From: an uncultured bacterium
GTDB taxonomy: Bacteria > Zixibacteria > MSB-5A5 > UBA10806
DNA: 64,000 bases
NCBI GenBank assembly: GCA_965541585.1
Contig: CBEUCH010000004.1
Coordinates: 32,001 to 96,000 of the forward strand
Reading direction: 5' to 3'
Part shown: piece by piece, positions 19,270-29,625 of the stretch
Position numbering within the stretch: position 1 is the first letter of the stretch
How the letters are laid out: each line of letters starts with the position of its first letter
Notes under the pieces: generated by a model
What the model was told of the DNA's origin: nothing
Database searches by the model: none
Seen by the model: the letters and a program-made list of their open reading frames with translations, nothing else
Position numbers and translations under genes: made by a program

Positions 19270-19399
19270 GATCTTGACTTCTATGTCTTTAAGCACTAAT
19301 TCTGCGAATTGCTTTGAAGGCCCTACTTTTTCCCGGATTCTTTCCCATCTGAGCAAATAGCTACGTAATAATTCTTGCCGCGCTTATAAAATAACCCAA
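19270..19399 (-). mobile_element. Frameshifted N-terminal remnant of a phage-type tyrosine integrase
   Basis: After GAGGAG and TTG, restoring two 1-nt deletions gives MGYFYKRGKNYYVAICSDGKRIREKVGPSKQFAELVLKDIEVKI, which resembles integrase N-terminal arm-binding regions. Confidence 0.5.
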
Positions 19400-19453
19400 T
19401 ATCTTCTCCTCTCCGGCCCGGGCACTAAATGTGTCACATGGCCTTCTGAGAAG

Positions 19454-19482
19454 ATTACAGTTAAAACGTAACTGTTTGTCAA
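19454..19482 (-). promoter_or_regulatory. Sigma70-like promoter with an internal palindromic operator
   Basis: TTGACA-N17-TGTAAT on the minus strand, overlapped by ACAGTTA-N5-TAACTGT (19457-19475). Confidence 0.5.
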
Positions 19483-19510
19483 GCAATAAAATGAGTGGTC
19501 AGATAAAAAT

Positions 19511-19530
19511 AATAGCGGTGCGCCGCTATT
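19511..19530. terminator. Hairpin, possible terminator
   Basis: AATAGCGG-tgcg-CCGCTATT flanked by A- and T-rich sequence. Confidence 0.35.
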
Positions 19531-20030
19531 TGTTGCCTGATGACCTCAATTCTTATCCCAAGATGCTGATATCTTTATATACAAGGATGAATTAGCGGGA
19601 CCGGTCAACGTCCGGGACGTCATACCGACACACATCATTCGCATAAATAGAATGCGATGGCCGGCTGCAATTATACGGACCATCAAAGGTCGGAATGTCT
19701 GATTACTTATCTTTTTGCGCTGGTCTTCCAGACCTGCTACCCCCCAGAGTGGTATGACATTGAATTTGTGAGATCATAATCAAATTACCTCTATTTTGAA
19801 TTAATCCTTTCATTCCGCAATTGTTTAAAAGGGAAACATCAATACCGGCCGATAGAATAACTCCTTAGATCTACTCCATTAACAACTTCTGGTGATTTGC
19901 GCAATAAAATCAGGCCCGCAATATAATCAGACCTGATATTAGCCCGATAATGTTATTGACGAGGACAATAGTCCCTTATTGACCTGTTCAGGATATTTGG
20001 GAGGAGTGAGAAACTATTACCCCTGATCCC

Positions 20031-23000
20031 TTGAAAATAGAGATGAAAGACTCGACCGTTAAAAATGAAATAATCGATGCTTCTATCCCTGCCACAAGGA
20101 AGCTCCATCAGATTTCTCAATCGGTAAGCGATAAATTATATAAAAATCTATTCCATCACTCAAATGATGCAATCATAGTGCACGATTTATCCGGCAATAT
20201 ATTGGATGTGAATATGAAAGCGGTGGAGCTGTTTAATTGTACCAGTTCTAAATTCAAGACACTTAATATGCGTGATCTGCATCCTCCCACCGCCGTCGAG
20301 GCATCAAAGAAGGCGCTTGAGCTTATTTCTAAAAGCGGATCCGTCAATTTCGAAATAGATTTCAGAAAAAGTGACGGTGAAATTTTCCCTGCGGAGGTTT
20401 CGTCCAGCTTGATCGACGCGGACGGGTTAAGAATTATCCATGGCATTATCCGGGATGTGACTGAAAGAGGAACAGCAGAAAAAGAGCTGAGGGAAATCGA
20501 AAAGACGAACCTTGCGCTCTTGAATGCTCCAGCGGATCCGTCTCTTCTGTTAGACAGGGAAGGGATAATATTGGCCCTTAACAATGGAGCGGCAAGAGCT
20601 CTCGGCGGACCTGTAGGTGAATTGATTGGCAAGAATATATTAGGATATTTCCCCCCTGATCTGGCCAAATCCAGAAAGGATTATATTGACAGGGTGTTTC
20701 AAACTGGAAAGCCTGCTCGATTTGAGGATGAGATGTCTGGAGTTATTTATGATAATTCCATTTATCCTGTTTTCGATGAGAAAAGCAAGGTGGATAAGGT
20801 AGCCGTGTTTGCAGCCGATGTCACCGAACGCGTGCAAGTTGAGAAAGCGTTGCGGGATAGCGAAGAACGCTACAGGGCTATCTGGGAAAACTCCCCCATA
20901 GGGATATGCCTTACAGATCAAGAAGGTAAATATGGATACGTAAATCCCACTTATTGTGAGATTTATGGTTATTCCAAGGATCAACTGGTGGGCAAAAGAT
21001 TCTATGATATTCTAAGGCGACGGGGATTTAAAGGAGATCGTAAGAAAACCTATCAGAAACTATTCAAGAAGGGAGAACCCCTGCCGCTGGGCGAGATAGA
21101 GTTCTTGAGTTCTAAAGATGAACAGATATGGGTTCAGTATACGGGAGACTTCATCAGGGAAAACGGAGTGCCCAGGTATCTTGTTTCAATGAATATAGAT
21201 ATTACCGAGCGTAAGCGAGTGGAGATAGCGCTACGTGAAAACGAGCAAAAATATAAATCGATATTCGAATCGTTTCTCGATTTTTATTATCAGGCCGATA
21301 TGGACGGATTATTGATAAATGTGTCCCCATCGTGTCATGCTCTTTCCGGCTATACCCCTGACGAACTAATAGGCTGCCAGGTTCTGGATTTATGTCCCGA
21401 CCCTGCCCAGAGGAAAGCACTACTGGACACGTTGTTTAGAGAGGGATCAGTTACCGACTATGAGGTGACATTACGGGACAAAAGCGGCAAGGACATCCCC
21501 ATATCAACGAATGGCCGACTTATTCCGGATGATCAGGGCAAACCAATTAGAATAGAGGGGACTTTTCGGGATATTACGAGGAGAAAGCGAGACGAGGAAG
21601 CGCTTGCGGAAAGAGAAGAATTGCTCGGGGCAACTATTGAGTCGACAGCCGATGGCATTCTGGTTGTGAATGAGAAGGGTGAAACCACGCATTCAAATAC
21701 ACGGTTTGCGGAAATGTGGCGGATACCGCAAGAGCTTCTGGAAACAAACGATGATAATAAGCTATTAAGTTACGTGATGGATCAGTTGAAGGAGCCCCAG
21801 GCGTTTCTTACAAAAGTGCAAGAGCTTTACAAATCACCTGACACTGCCATGGACACTCTTTACTTCAAGGACGGACGGATTTTCGAAAGATATTCCTGTC
21901 CCTTGATCAAGAATCAAGGGATAGCAGGGCGGGTCTGGAGTTTCAGAGATATCACTGATTTAAAAAGGGCGGAACTGGTCCAGTCTACTTTGCATAAGAT
22001 ATCCGAGGCGACGAATCGCTCAAATGATATTATCGAGCTGCTGGGAACGATTCGAGAGATCCTCGGCGCATTGACCGATACCAGGAACTTCTATGTAGCC
22101 CTCTACGATGATGCTACGGAATCATATTCGTTTCCCTATAGTGTGGACGAGCACGATGGAACGGATTTCGCCCCCGAGCAGATGAAAAAGAGCCTTACCG
22201 ACTATGTCAGAAGAACAGGCAAACCCCTGCTCGCTGATGAGAAAACTCATAAGATCCTGATAAAAAAGGGCGAGGTGGAATCCGTGGGCGAATCATCGCC
22301 GATCTGGCTGGGTGTGCCGCTTGAAGCTCCGCGCGGAGTTATCGGCGTGATCGTTGTACAGGGCTATACGGATCCGACTATGTATGGCATTTCGGATTTA
22401 CATCTATTGTCTCTTGTTTCCGGCCATATTGCATTGGCTATAGAACGTAAAAGGGCAGAGATCGAACTTGACGTAGAAAAGGCTTATCTCGAGCAATTAT
22501 TCGAAAGCGCTCCCGAGGCAATCGTTGTCGTTGGGAACGACAGCCTGGTTGTCAGGTTTAATAGCGAGTTTACGCGAATGTTTGGCTACACGATAGGTGA
22601 ATCGCGAGGCAGATCAATAGATGATTTGATCGCCCCGGATCATTTAAACAGGGAAGCTTCTTCAATAACGCGGCAGGTATCGTCAGGTGAGACTTGCAGT
22701 CTCGAAACCCAAAGGCGACGCAAAAACGGATCATTTGTTGACGTGTCGATACTGGCAACGCCTATCAGGGTCCAGGGCGGGCAGGTGGCAATATATGCAA
22801 TCTACCGGGATATCACGGATCGCAAACAAGCGGAAAAACAATTGCGGCAATCGGAAGAAAAATACAGAACTCTGTTCGAGACTATTCATGACGGCATAAT
22901 TATAACTGATCTTAAGGAAGATATCATATTTGCCAATCCGGCGGCCTGCAATATTTTCGGATACCCCCGCGAAGAACTTATGGCCAAGAATCTTCGACAA

Positions 23001-24377
23001 TTAGTTATTGATGAGGATATTGAAAAGTTGAAACTGGAAACTGAAAGAAGGAAGGAAAGGAAGAGCAGTCGCTATGAATTATCAGTGATGAGAGGTGATG
23101 GTAAGATAAGGAATATTCTCATTTCAGAAACCCCTTATGTGGATGACTCTAACGACATAAATGGATCGGTTTGCATACTATCTGATATAACAGAAATCAG
23201 GAATTTTGAGAAGGAAAGACAGGCACTACGGGAAAAATTGGCAAATGCTCAAAGAATGGAATCTTTGGGGGTTCTTGCCGGCGGGGTTGCTCACGATCTT
23301 AACAATATTCTGGGACCATTGGTCGCGTATCCCGAAATGATAAAGTTGGAACTCCCCTGGGACAGCCCCATCCTCGATAAAGTCGTTAAGATCCAGAAAT
23401 CGGCCCGAAGAGCGGCCGATGTCGTCCAGGATTTGCTTACAATGGCTAGAAGAGGCCGTTATGAAATGAAGAATGTTAACATCAATACTATCATCGAATC
23501 CTATCTTAAGTCTCCTGATTTTATGAACTTAAAGACAAATCAGCCAAAGGTAATCGTTAGCCTCTCGCTCGATACGACGATTCCGGATATTTATGGTTCG
23601 GCCAGCCACTTATTAAAGGTAATAATGAACCTGGTGATAAATGCTTATGATGCTATGCCGCAGGAAGGAACACTCACTATAAAAACGGAATCCAGATACA
23701 CGGAAAAACTAATTGGAGGTTTCAGCAATATTGATGGTGGAAATTATGTAATCCTTACTGTCAGCGATACCGGAATCGGAATTGGAGATGAGGACCAAAA
23801 GCATATTTTTGAACCATTCTACTCAAAGAAAAAGCTCGGTCGAAGTGGCAGCGGTCTTGGTCTGGCAATAGTCTATGGCGTGGTAAAGGACCACAACAGT
23901 TATATTGATATAAAGAGCGAATTGAATAAGGGAACCGAAGCCTACCTATATTTCCCGGTTATGGATTCTACTCCGGATAATGAGGGAGAGGAAGAGATCG
24001 TTGACATACGTGGAAGCGAACTGGTTTTGGTTGTTGATGATATTCCTGAGCAAAGGGATCTGGCAGCAACTGTTTTGTCGAGTCTGGGATATACAGTTGA
24101 AACCGCGCCGAGTGGAGAAAAAGCAGTTGAATATTTAAAATCGAAGTCATTCGATATTGTGATCCTTGACATGATTATGGAGCCGGGCATCGACGGATTG
24201 GATACATATAAAGAGATTATCGAAATTCACCCCGGCCAGAAGGCGATAATTGTCAGTGGCTATTCTGAAACCGATCGAGTTAAAGAGGCCCAGAGGCTCG
24301 GGATCGGCAGATACGTTAGAAAACCCTACACAATGCAACAACTCGGCAAGGCTATTCGCGAGGTACTTTCCGGCTAG
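20031..24377 (+). CDS. Cytoplasmic hybrid histidine kinase (about 7 PAS, GAF, HisKA, HATPase, REC)
   Basis: Repeated PAS ends (DVTER, DITER, DITDR), a GAF region (WLGVPL...IGVIVVQ), AHDLNN, GSGLGL and a C-terminal receiver (VVDD, DMIM, KP). Confidence 0.93.
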   Translation: MKIEMKDSTVKNEIIDASIPATRKLHQISQSVSDKLYKNLFHHSNDAIIVHDLSGNILDVNMKAVELFNCTSSKFKTLNMRDLHPPTAVEASKKALELISKSGSVNFEIDFRKSDGEIFPAEVSSSLIDADGLRIIHGIIRDVTERGTAEKELREIEKTNLALLNAPADPSLLLDREGIILALNNGAARALGGPVGELIGKNILGYFPPDLAKSRKDYIDRVFQTGKPARFEDEMSGVIYDNSIYPVFDEKSKVDKVAVFAADVTERVQVEKALRDSEERYRAIWENSPIGICLTDQEGKYGYVNPTYCEIYGYSKDQLVGKRFYDILRRRGFKGDRKKTYQKLFKKGEPLPLGEIEFLSSKDEQIWVQYTGDFIRENGVPRYLVSMNIDITERKRVEIALRENEQKYKSIFESFLDFYYQADMDGLLINVSPSCHALSGYTPDELIGCQVLDLCPDPAQRKALLDTLFREGSVTDYEVTLRDKSGKDIPISTNGRLIPDDQGKPIRIEGTFRDITRRKRDEEALAEREELLGATIESTADGILVVNEKGETTHSNTRFAEMWRIPQELLETNDDNKLLSYVMDQLKEPQAFLTKVQELYKSPDTAMDTLYFKDGRIFERYSCPLIKNQGIAGRVWSFRDITDLKRAELVQSTLHKISEATNRSNDIIELLGTIREILGALTDTRNFYVALYDDATESYSFPYSVDEHDGTDFAPEQMKKSLTDYVRRTGKPLLADEKTHKILIKKGEVESVGESSPIWLGVPLEAPRGVIGVIVVQGYTDPTMYGISDLHLLSLVSGHIALAIERKRAEIELDVEKAYLEQLFESAPEAIVVVGNDSLVVRFNSEFTRMFGYTIGESRGRSIDDLIAPDHLNREASSITRQVSSGETCSLETQRRRKNGSFVDVSILATPIRVQGGQVAIYAIYRDITDRKQAEKQLRQSEEKYRTLFETIHDGIIITDLKEDIIFANPAACNIFGYPREELMAKNLRQLVIDEDIEKLKLETERRKERKSSRYELSVMRGDGKIRNILISETPYVDDSNDINGSVCILSDITEIRNFEKERQALREKLANAQRMESLGVLAGGVAHDLNNILGPLVAYPEMIKLELPWDSPILDKVVKIQKSARRAADVVQDLLTMARRGRYEMKNVNINTIIESYLKSPDFMNLKTNQPKVIVSLSLDTTIPDIYGSASHLLKVIMNLVINAYDAMPQEGTLTIKTESRYTEKLIGGFSNIDGGNYVILTVSDTGIGIGDEDQKHIFEPFYSKKKLGRSGSGLGLAIVYGVVKDHNSYIDIKSELNKGTEAYLYFPVMDSTPDNEGEEEIVDIRGSELVLVVDDIPEQRDLAATVLSSLGYTVETAPSGEKAVEYLKSKSFDIVILDMIMEPGIDGLDTYKEIIEIHPGQKAIIVSGYSETDRVKEAQRLGIGRYVRKPYTMQQLGKAIREVLSG

Positions 24378-24652
24378 AATACATTCCCAGCATTCGCTCA
24401 AATTGGCTTGCGAAGCCGCAATTCCGGAGTATTCCCCACCATATAAGTCTCAGGGCATAGCCTGACAGGCTTAAGCGAAATAGGTCGGCGAATCGCGGTC
24501 AGAGGATTCATCTCCTGAAGGCAAACCTCTTTCCGAGTCTCTCAGACAATAAAAGGCTGGATAAATATATACTTCAAGTCCGGCCTAAAATTATATTCAC
24601 AAGGCAAGATTCTCGTGGTATAAATCCTGAGGAAACAAAAAAAGGAGGAAAA

Positions 24653-25915
24653 ATGAGACGGACCGAAAAAAGAGGTCACTGCAGTTATTTTTGGCAGGCG
24701 TTGTTCACAGCGATAATCATAGCGTTGATCCTGCCTATTCCATCTCAGGCAATCGAAATCGGCGACGGGCTCGATCTCGGTGGAAATGTGCGCTGGCGGG
24801 CTGAACTGGACGGTAAGGATTTCTCAGATAAGACCGCCATGAACGAAATGTCCCTCCTGAGGAGCCGGGTTGGTTTGACTATAACCGCTATCGAGAATAC
24901 CACCCTTTATCTCCAGATGCAGGATTCGCGGAATCTGGGTGTAAACTCGTCCGGCCTGACAAACGACACCAATCTCGGAATCCATCAGGCCTATATTGAA
25001 ATGTCGAACATCGTCACCAGGGGGCTGTCGTTGCAGCTCGGTAGATTTGAGGCCGTCTACGGCCGCCACCGGTTGATGGGCAACGTGGGCTGGGACAATG
25101 TCGGACGGTCGTTCGACGGTGGCCGCCTGATGCGCAGAGGCAAGACTTACAGCGCCGATATCTTCGTCCTGAAGGTAATAGAGCGTTCGTTCAACGCACC
25201 ACCCAATCACAAGGACCGGAAGCTTTATGGTTTACACAGCACCTTCCTTGAAGATCGCCTCGACCTTTTTGTTCTCTATGATTGGGATCAAATGAAAACC
25301 GGCGATGATTATAATCTGGCAAGATTCACGATAGGCTCATACTTCAAGAACAAGCTGGCATCCGGAATTGGATATGAATTCGATGCCGCTATTCAGACCG
25401 GTAACCGGGGCGCCCAGGATATTTCCGCTTATATGGTCGCCGGCGACCTCTATTATTCCCCGAAGCACAAAATGATGTTCATTTATTCAGAGGTGAGCAA
25501 AGTAGGAATCGGTTTTGATATAACCTCCGGTGACGATGATACCACCGACGATGAAATCAAATCGTTTAACAACTTGTATTATACCGGCCACAGATTCAGA
25601 GGATATATGGACTTTTTTCTGGGGACATCGACCCAGGGTCTGATGGATTTGATTTTTCGCGCCGCCGTTAAACCCCGTCCTCATTGCCAGATCTCTGTGG
25701 ATTTTCATCATTTCCGGACGATGGAAGACCATTTGACACCCGACGGTGATTCCTCCAAAGCGATCGGGCAGGAGATCGATATTACATTCAAGCGCAAACT
25801 GCAAAAAGGATTGACCTTCCAGGGCGGAATGTCAATGTTCATAGCATCGGATGACTGGATTGCCGACGCTGATCAGGCATACTGGCTTTACGCTATGATA
25901 TCCGCAGGCTTCTAA
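24653..25915 (+). CDS. Alginate-export (AlgE-like) outer-membrane beta-barrel
   Basis: Signal peptide, R.R.E, HQAY, W.NVGRSFDG and GQEID motifs, C-terminal Phe. Confidence 0.8.
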   Translation: MRRTEKRGHCSYFWQALFTAIIIALILPIPSQAIEIGDGLDLGGNVRWRAELDGKDFSDKTAMNEMSLLRSRVGLTITAIENTTLYLQMQDSRNLGVNSSGLTNDTNLGIHQAYIEMSNIVTRGLSLQLGRFEAVYGRHRLMGNVGWDNVGRSFDGGRLMRRGKTYSADIFVLKVIERSFNAPPNHKDRKLYGLHSTFLEDRLDLFVLYDWDQMKTGDDYNLARFTIGSYFKNKLASGIGYEFDAAIQTGNRGAQDISAYMVAGDLYYSPKHKMMFIYSEVSKVGIGFDITSGDDDTTDDEIKSFNNLYYTGHRFRGYMDFFLGTSTQGLMDLIFRAAVKPRPHCQISVDFHHFRTMEDHLTPDGDSSKAIGQEIDITFKRKLQKGLTFQGGMSMFIASDDWIADADQAYWLYAMISAGF

Positions 25916-25971
25916 CGATTTTCCGAATGGCGGTTTGACGGCAACGGAATACTTTGTGATAGTAAATGATA

Positions 25972-27528
25972 TTACATCATGCTTGAACGCATGTTCATAT
26001 CGAGGTGCATGATCGAGAGCGAGATAAAAGAAAATATGATCATGGCGGTCAGAAGAGGAACCTGCGCCAGTAGCGCTCTTTTCCCCGTGCCGAACATCTT
26101 TTCGCCGGCTTTAGCGGCTATTTTTATACCGAGGATATGGCCGGTTATTACCAGAATAACCTGCATGGTCCAAACGGTGTTATCGCTCAGAAACATTGGA
26201 TACGCTTTTCCAACGGTCCCGAACAGATTCCAGCCATAGCCGAACGGATCAGAGAGAAGCGGTATTATGCTCTGGCCCTCCATCCCCAGGTGCATTGTGT
26301 TGTGCGCCAGGTGATAGAATAGGGCGATCGGTATCAGGCTATATGAAAAGCGTATGAAAATCTCCCATGTCGAAATACCGTTACTGCCGATACGAGCCGA
26401 AAGCCAGCAGAGAAAATGGTACAGTGAATAAGGAACCAACAGGACAATACCCATACCGACTGTAAAAGAAAATAACGGTCCCAGTCCGAAAAGATTATTC
26501 ATAAAGGCGATTATGGAATTTCCTCCACCGGCTAAATCCTCCCAGAGCGGCGTCATGGATAGCCCGTGGAACGAGGTCAGCGAAAGCAGGATTACGGCCA
26601 GGATGGCCTCATCGGGCCTCGGCCTCGGGTAAGCGATGATATCAGTCCCTAACGGTCGTATATTAAATGCCACATTGTCCGAAGGACAGGCTTTGAAACA
26701 TTCGGTACACATTGTACAATATGTATTCTCATCCAGAGTAGTGAGATTGAGGCCGGTCGGACACGGATAGGCACCGCCGTTGCCTTTGTAACAGTCTTTG
26801 GTTTTACATTGCAGGCAGATACTATGATCTTTCGGCCGGATCTCAACGGGCGATATATTTGCGTAGAGTCCGGAAATTCTTCCCACGAGACAGCCGTACC
26901 GGCAAAAGGATTTCTTTTCGAAAATGAACACTGGAAGAACAACCAGCATAAGCATGAATAAACCCATTACGGCCGTGGCAAATGGATCGGTCGTGACCTT
27001 AAATCCCAGTTCGAGCCAGGTTAGTATTATAAAAAGCCCGATAGCCATCGATATATTGCGGGCCTTTTTCGGCCACTTCATGTTAAGCGAAAGAGGTTCT
27101 TTTGTTATTTTCCATAAACGCAGGCGACTTGCGATGGATGCAACAAGGTCCCACGGACAGGCAAAGCACCAGACTTTACCGAGGATCAGTATGGCAAAAA
27201 TAAGACCGCCCCACCAGATAGTCCATGTAAGCGTGGGCGCGATATTTATTCGAGGATTGCCGAAAAATCCCGCATACAGGATTATAACAAAAAGAAATAA
27301 AAGCGGCAGTTGAACGGAAAACTGAAGCCATCTCCTTTTTAGAAGATAATCGACAAAGCCGATTCGAGAAATGTCGAAACGGACATTGAGACTCTTGCCA
27401 CTTCTTTTAGAATAAAATATAAATGATACCAAGAGGACAAGTCCCACACCGGACAGAAACATCCAGGCGGGCAACCCGCTCATCAAATGAACACCGTTTT
27501 CGGCGTGGCAGCTAGCTGTCTCTCCCAA
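25972..27528 (-). CDS. Polytopic membrane 4Fe-4S-binding protein (NapH/NosR-C/FixG-like)
   Basis: WCFACPW, FCRYGCLVG, CLQC..CY and CTMCTECFKACP, with many TM helices. Confidence 0.8.
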   Translation of the reverse strand: MGETASCHAENGVHLMSGLPAWMFLSGVGLVLLVSFIFYSKRSGKSLNVRFDISRIGFVDYLLKRRWLQFSVQLPLLFLFVIILYAGFFGNPRINIAPTLTWTIWWGGLIFAILILGKVWCFACPWDLVASIASRLRLWKITKEPLSLNMKWPKKARNISMAIGLFIILTWLELGFKVTTDPFATAVMGLFMLMLVVLPVFIFEKKSFCRYGCLVGRISGLYANISPVEIRPKDHSICLQCKTKDCYKGNGGAYPCPTGLNLTTLDENTYCTMCTECFKACPSDNVAFNIRPLGTDIIAYPRPRPDEAILAVILLSLTSFHGLSMTPLWEDLAGGGNSIIAFMNNLFGLGPLFSFTVGMGIVLLVPYSLYHFLCWLSARIGSNGISTWEIFIRFSYSLIPIALFYHLAHNTMHLGMEGQSIIPLLSDPFGYGWNLFGTVGKAYPMFLSDNTVWTMQVILVITGHILGIKIAAKAGEKMFGTGKRALLAQVPLLTAMIIFSFISLSIMHLDMNMRSSMM

Positions 27529-28074
27529 TCAAGATTTCCTTTCTTTGAATCTTCTTTTTTTTAGTATCGCAACAATCACCGCGAAGGAAAGAATGAAAGC
27601 AATCGATCCCCCCAGATATGTCCATACAGGATTACCCATGCCGACTTTCAGATCGAAAAGAACGTTATTTTGCCTCAGCCCGTCGTTGAAGCTGACGCGC
27701 ACATAATAATGCCCGTCATCCTCGTAGACCCAGCCGACTTTATAAATATTGGTCGGGTTACGATAGGCGGTAAAGGGATGGCTCTCGGTGGGGTCCTCAT
27801 GCTTTCCAAATACCTTAAAGATTACGGCTCCATCGAAAACCTTGCTGGAGTCAATGTCGCGAATATATATGGCGAGGTCATATGCACCCTGGCCCGGTAT
27901 TTTGTAATATGTAAATGTGACGTCATAGTTATTGACGGTTTGAGTAACTTCATATACCGGAGTCTCCGGATAGTGATCCTGATAAGTATAATGCGGGATA
28001 CCGCGGATATGGTGGCCATAAGCGGTCGCCGCAAGAATGTGTAACACGGGCAATATCAAACGTATTTTGATCAT
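27529..28074 (-). CDS. Exported protein with C-terminal membrane anchor and His-rich N-terminus
   Basis: Signal peptide, mature start HHIRGIPHY, C-terminal TM plus basic tail. Start placed at MIKIRL. Confidence 0.7.
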   Translation of the reverse strand: MIKIRLILPVLHILAATAYGHHIRGIPHYTYQDHYPETPVYEVTQTVNNYDVTFTYYKIPGQGAYDLAIYIRDIDSSKVFDGAVIFKVFGKHEDPTESHPFTAYRNPTNIYKVGWVYEDDGHYYVRVSFNDGLRQNNVLFDLKVGMGNPVWTYLGGSIAFILSFAVIVAILKKRRFKERKS

Positions 28075-28081
28075 AACCGAT

Positions 28082-28993
28082 TCACTCCCCAACAGATTTT
28101 GCTTTGGCGCCCCATACATACACGAGGGCGTTCTTTTGTGTGCTATCGCAGGCGTCGATACATAAACCGCAATTGTCGCATTCTCCCGGAAATTCGCCCT
28201 TTGCCGGAACCAGATCGTAAGGGCAAGCAGGATTGCATAGACCGCACATATCGCATTTGGCCTCGACTCTTTTTATTCGCAGGAAACGCCATTTTCCTAT
28301 TATTGAGAACAATGCTCCCCCCGGGCAAATTCTCCTGCAGAACAGATGAGGCGAAAATAATATCTCTGCCGACCATAATATTATCAAAAACAATAATCCC
28401 CAGGTTATGGCGCCGGTGATTACTATGTGATAAACGCCCTCGGTAATCAGCCGCGGAGGATAAATCAAAACTGCAATGGGAATACTGATAACCGCTCCAA
28501 GTACAATTGATATCACCAAAAAGAAAAGGGATGATTGCCGGGGCAGATCGATGTTGAAATATTCGATTCCGAACCTCTTCAGATATTCTGTTAACCCTTT
28601 TCCCGCCTCCGCGAAAAGAGAATACGGACAAACCCAGGAGCAAAAATACCTGCCCAGAACCAGCAGGAGCACGACCGGAATAATAATGGAGAAAAGCAAG
28701 CCGTAATCGACTGTGAAAGAAGTAAAGGACGACACGACGAATGCCAGCGGATCTGAAAGCGAGAGCCCCAGGACTTTGAAGCTCCACAGCCCGCCTTCGA
28801 AATGTCCCCGGAAAAGCATCGGTTTATTTTCGCCTCCGAACGCGAAATCGTACGCCGAGAGCACAACCGATTCTTCGATTTCTCTTTCCGCTCCCAGCTG
28901 CCCTGCTTTTTTCTCATATAGGTTGGAATAAACCAGCAGGACCATTAGAGCGATTACAGATATTCTTGTGATGTTTCTATACTTTCGCACCAA
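28082..28993 (-). CDS. napH: NapH-like quinol dehydrogenase membrane subunit
   Basis: LSDPL, GRYFCSWVCP, FCRRICPGG and two CxxCxxCxxxC motifs. Confidence 0.85.
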   Translation of the reverse strand: MVRKYRNITRISVIALMVLLVYSNLYEKKAGQLGAEREIEESVVLSAYDFAFGGENKPMLFRGHFEGGLWSFKVLGLSLSDPLAFVVSSFTSFTVDYGLLFSIIIPVVLLLVLGRYFCSWVCPYSLFAEAGKGLTEYLKRFGIEYFNIDLPRQSSLFFLVISIVLGAVISIPIAVLIYPPRLITEGVYHIVITGAITWGLLFLIILWSAEILFSPHLFCRRICPGGALFSIIGKWRFLRIKRVEAKCDMCGLCNPACPYDLVPAKGEFPGECDNCGLCIDACDSTQKNALVYVWGAKAKSVGE

Positions 28994-29597
28994 CTTCTTC
29001 GACTTTTCCCGGTATGACTTTTATTGCTTGCGGGTAATGGATACATACCTGCTCGCACAGCCCGCATCCCACGCACTTATCCGTTACTACCGGTTGCTCC
29101 CAGGTTTCGGAATAAATGGCAATACCGTCGTAGGGACAGGCAAATACGCATACGCCGCAGACGTAACCGTTGAAGGAATTGCAGATGTTCTTATCGACAA
29201 CTGCTTTCCCCATCCTGACACTTTTTAAAATTTCCTCGGAATCATCAGGTATGGCAACAAGAGCGCCGCTGGGACAGGTGTTGTTGCACTTCATGCAGAG
29301 AATACAGCCTTTTTCGCGAGGTTTAATGTATGGTGTGCCGGTCATGGCGGGGTCGAAGCTGTCATAATATTTTATTGTCTCGTTGGGACATACCTGCCCG
29401 CAGCGCCGGCAGCGAATGCATTTGGAGAGAAACGCCTTTTCCGCCAGAGCTCCCGGTGGCCTTAATGGAGGATATTTCTTTCCGGGGATAAGTTTCTTAA
29501 CGCTGTAGAAACCACCGGCGAAAAGGGGCAAGGCGGGAATGACAGCAGCGACAAATGTTTTTAAAAACTCCCTTTTTTTCATATCTTCCCAGCTCAC
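28977..29597 (-). CDS. napG: NapG/MauM-like polyferredoxin
   Basis: Tat-like KREFLK, LRPPGA, CIRCRRCGQVCP, GTPYI, four Fe-S motifs. Confidence 0.88.
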   Translation of the reverse strand: MSWEDMKKREFLKTFVAAVIPALPLFAGGFYSVKKLIPGKKYPPLRPPGALAEKAFLSKCIRCRRCGQVCPNETIKYYDSFDPAMTGTPYIKPREKGCILCMKCNNTCPSGALVAIPDDSEEILKSVRMGKAVVDKNICNSFNGYVCGVCVFACPYDGIAIYSETWEQPVVTDKCVGCGLCEQVCIHYPQAIKVIPGKVEEVGAKV

Positions 29598-29625
29598 ACA
29601 AATGCGGGAAAACAGGTTCTATTAT

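Noticed and set aside
28143..28787. 214-aa alternative-frame ORF and the many other short overlapping ORFs in the track
   Set aside because: They overlap well-supported genes and show no motifs, so I treated them as shadow ORFs.
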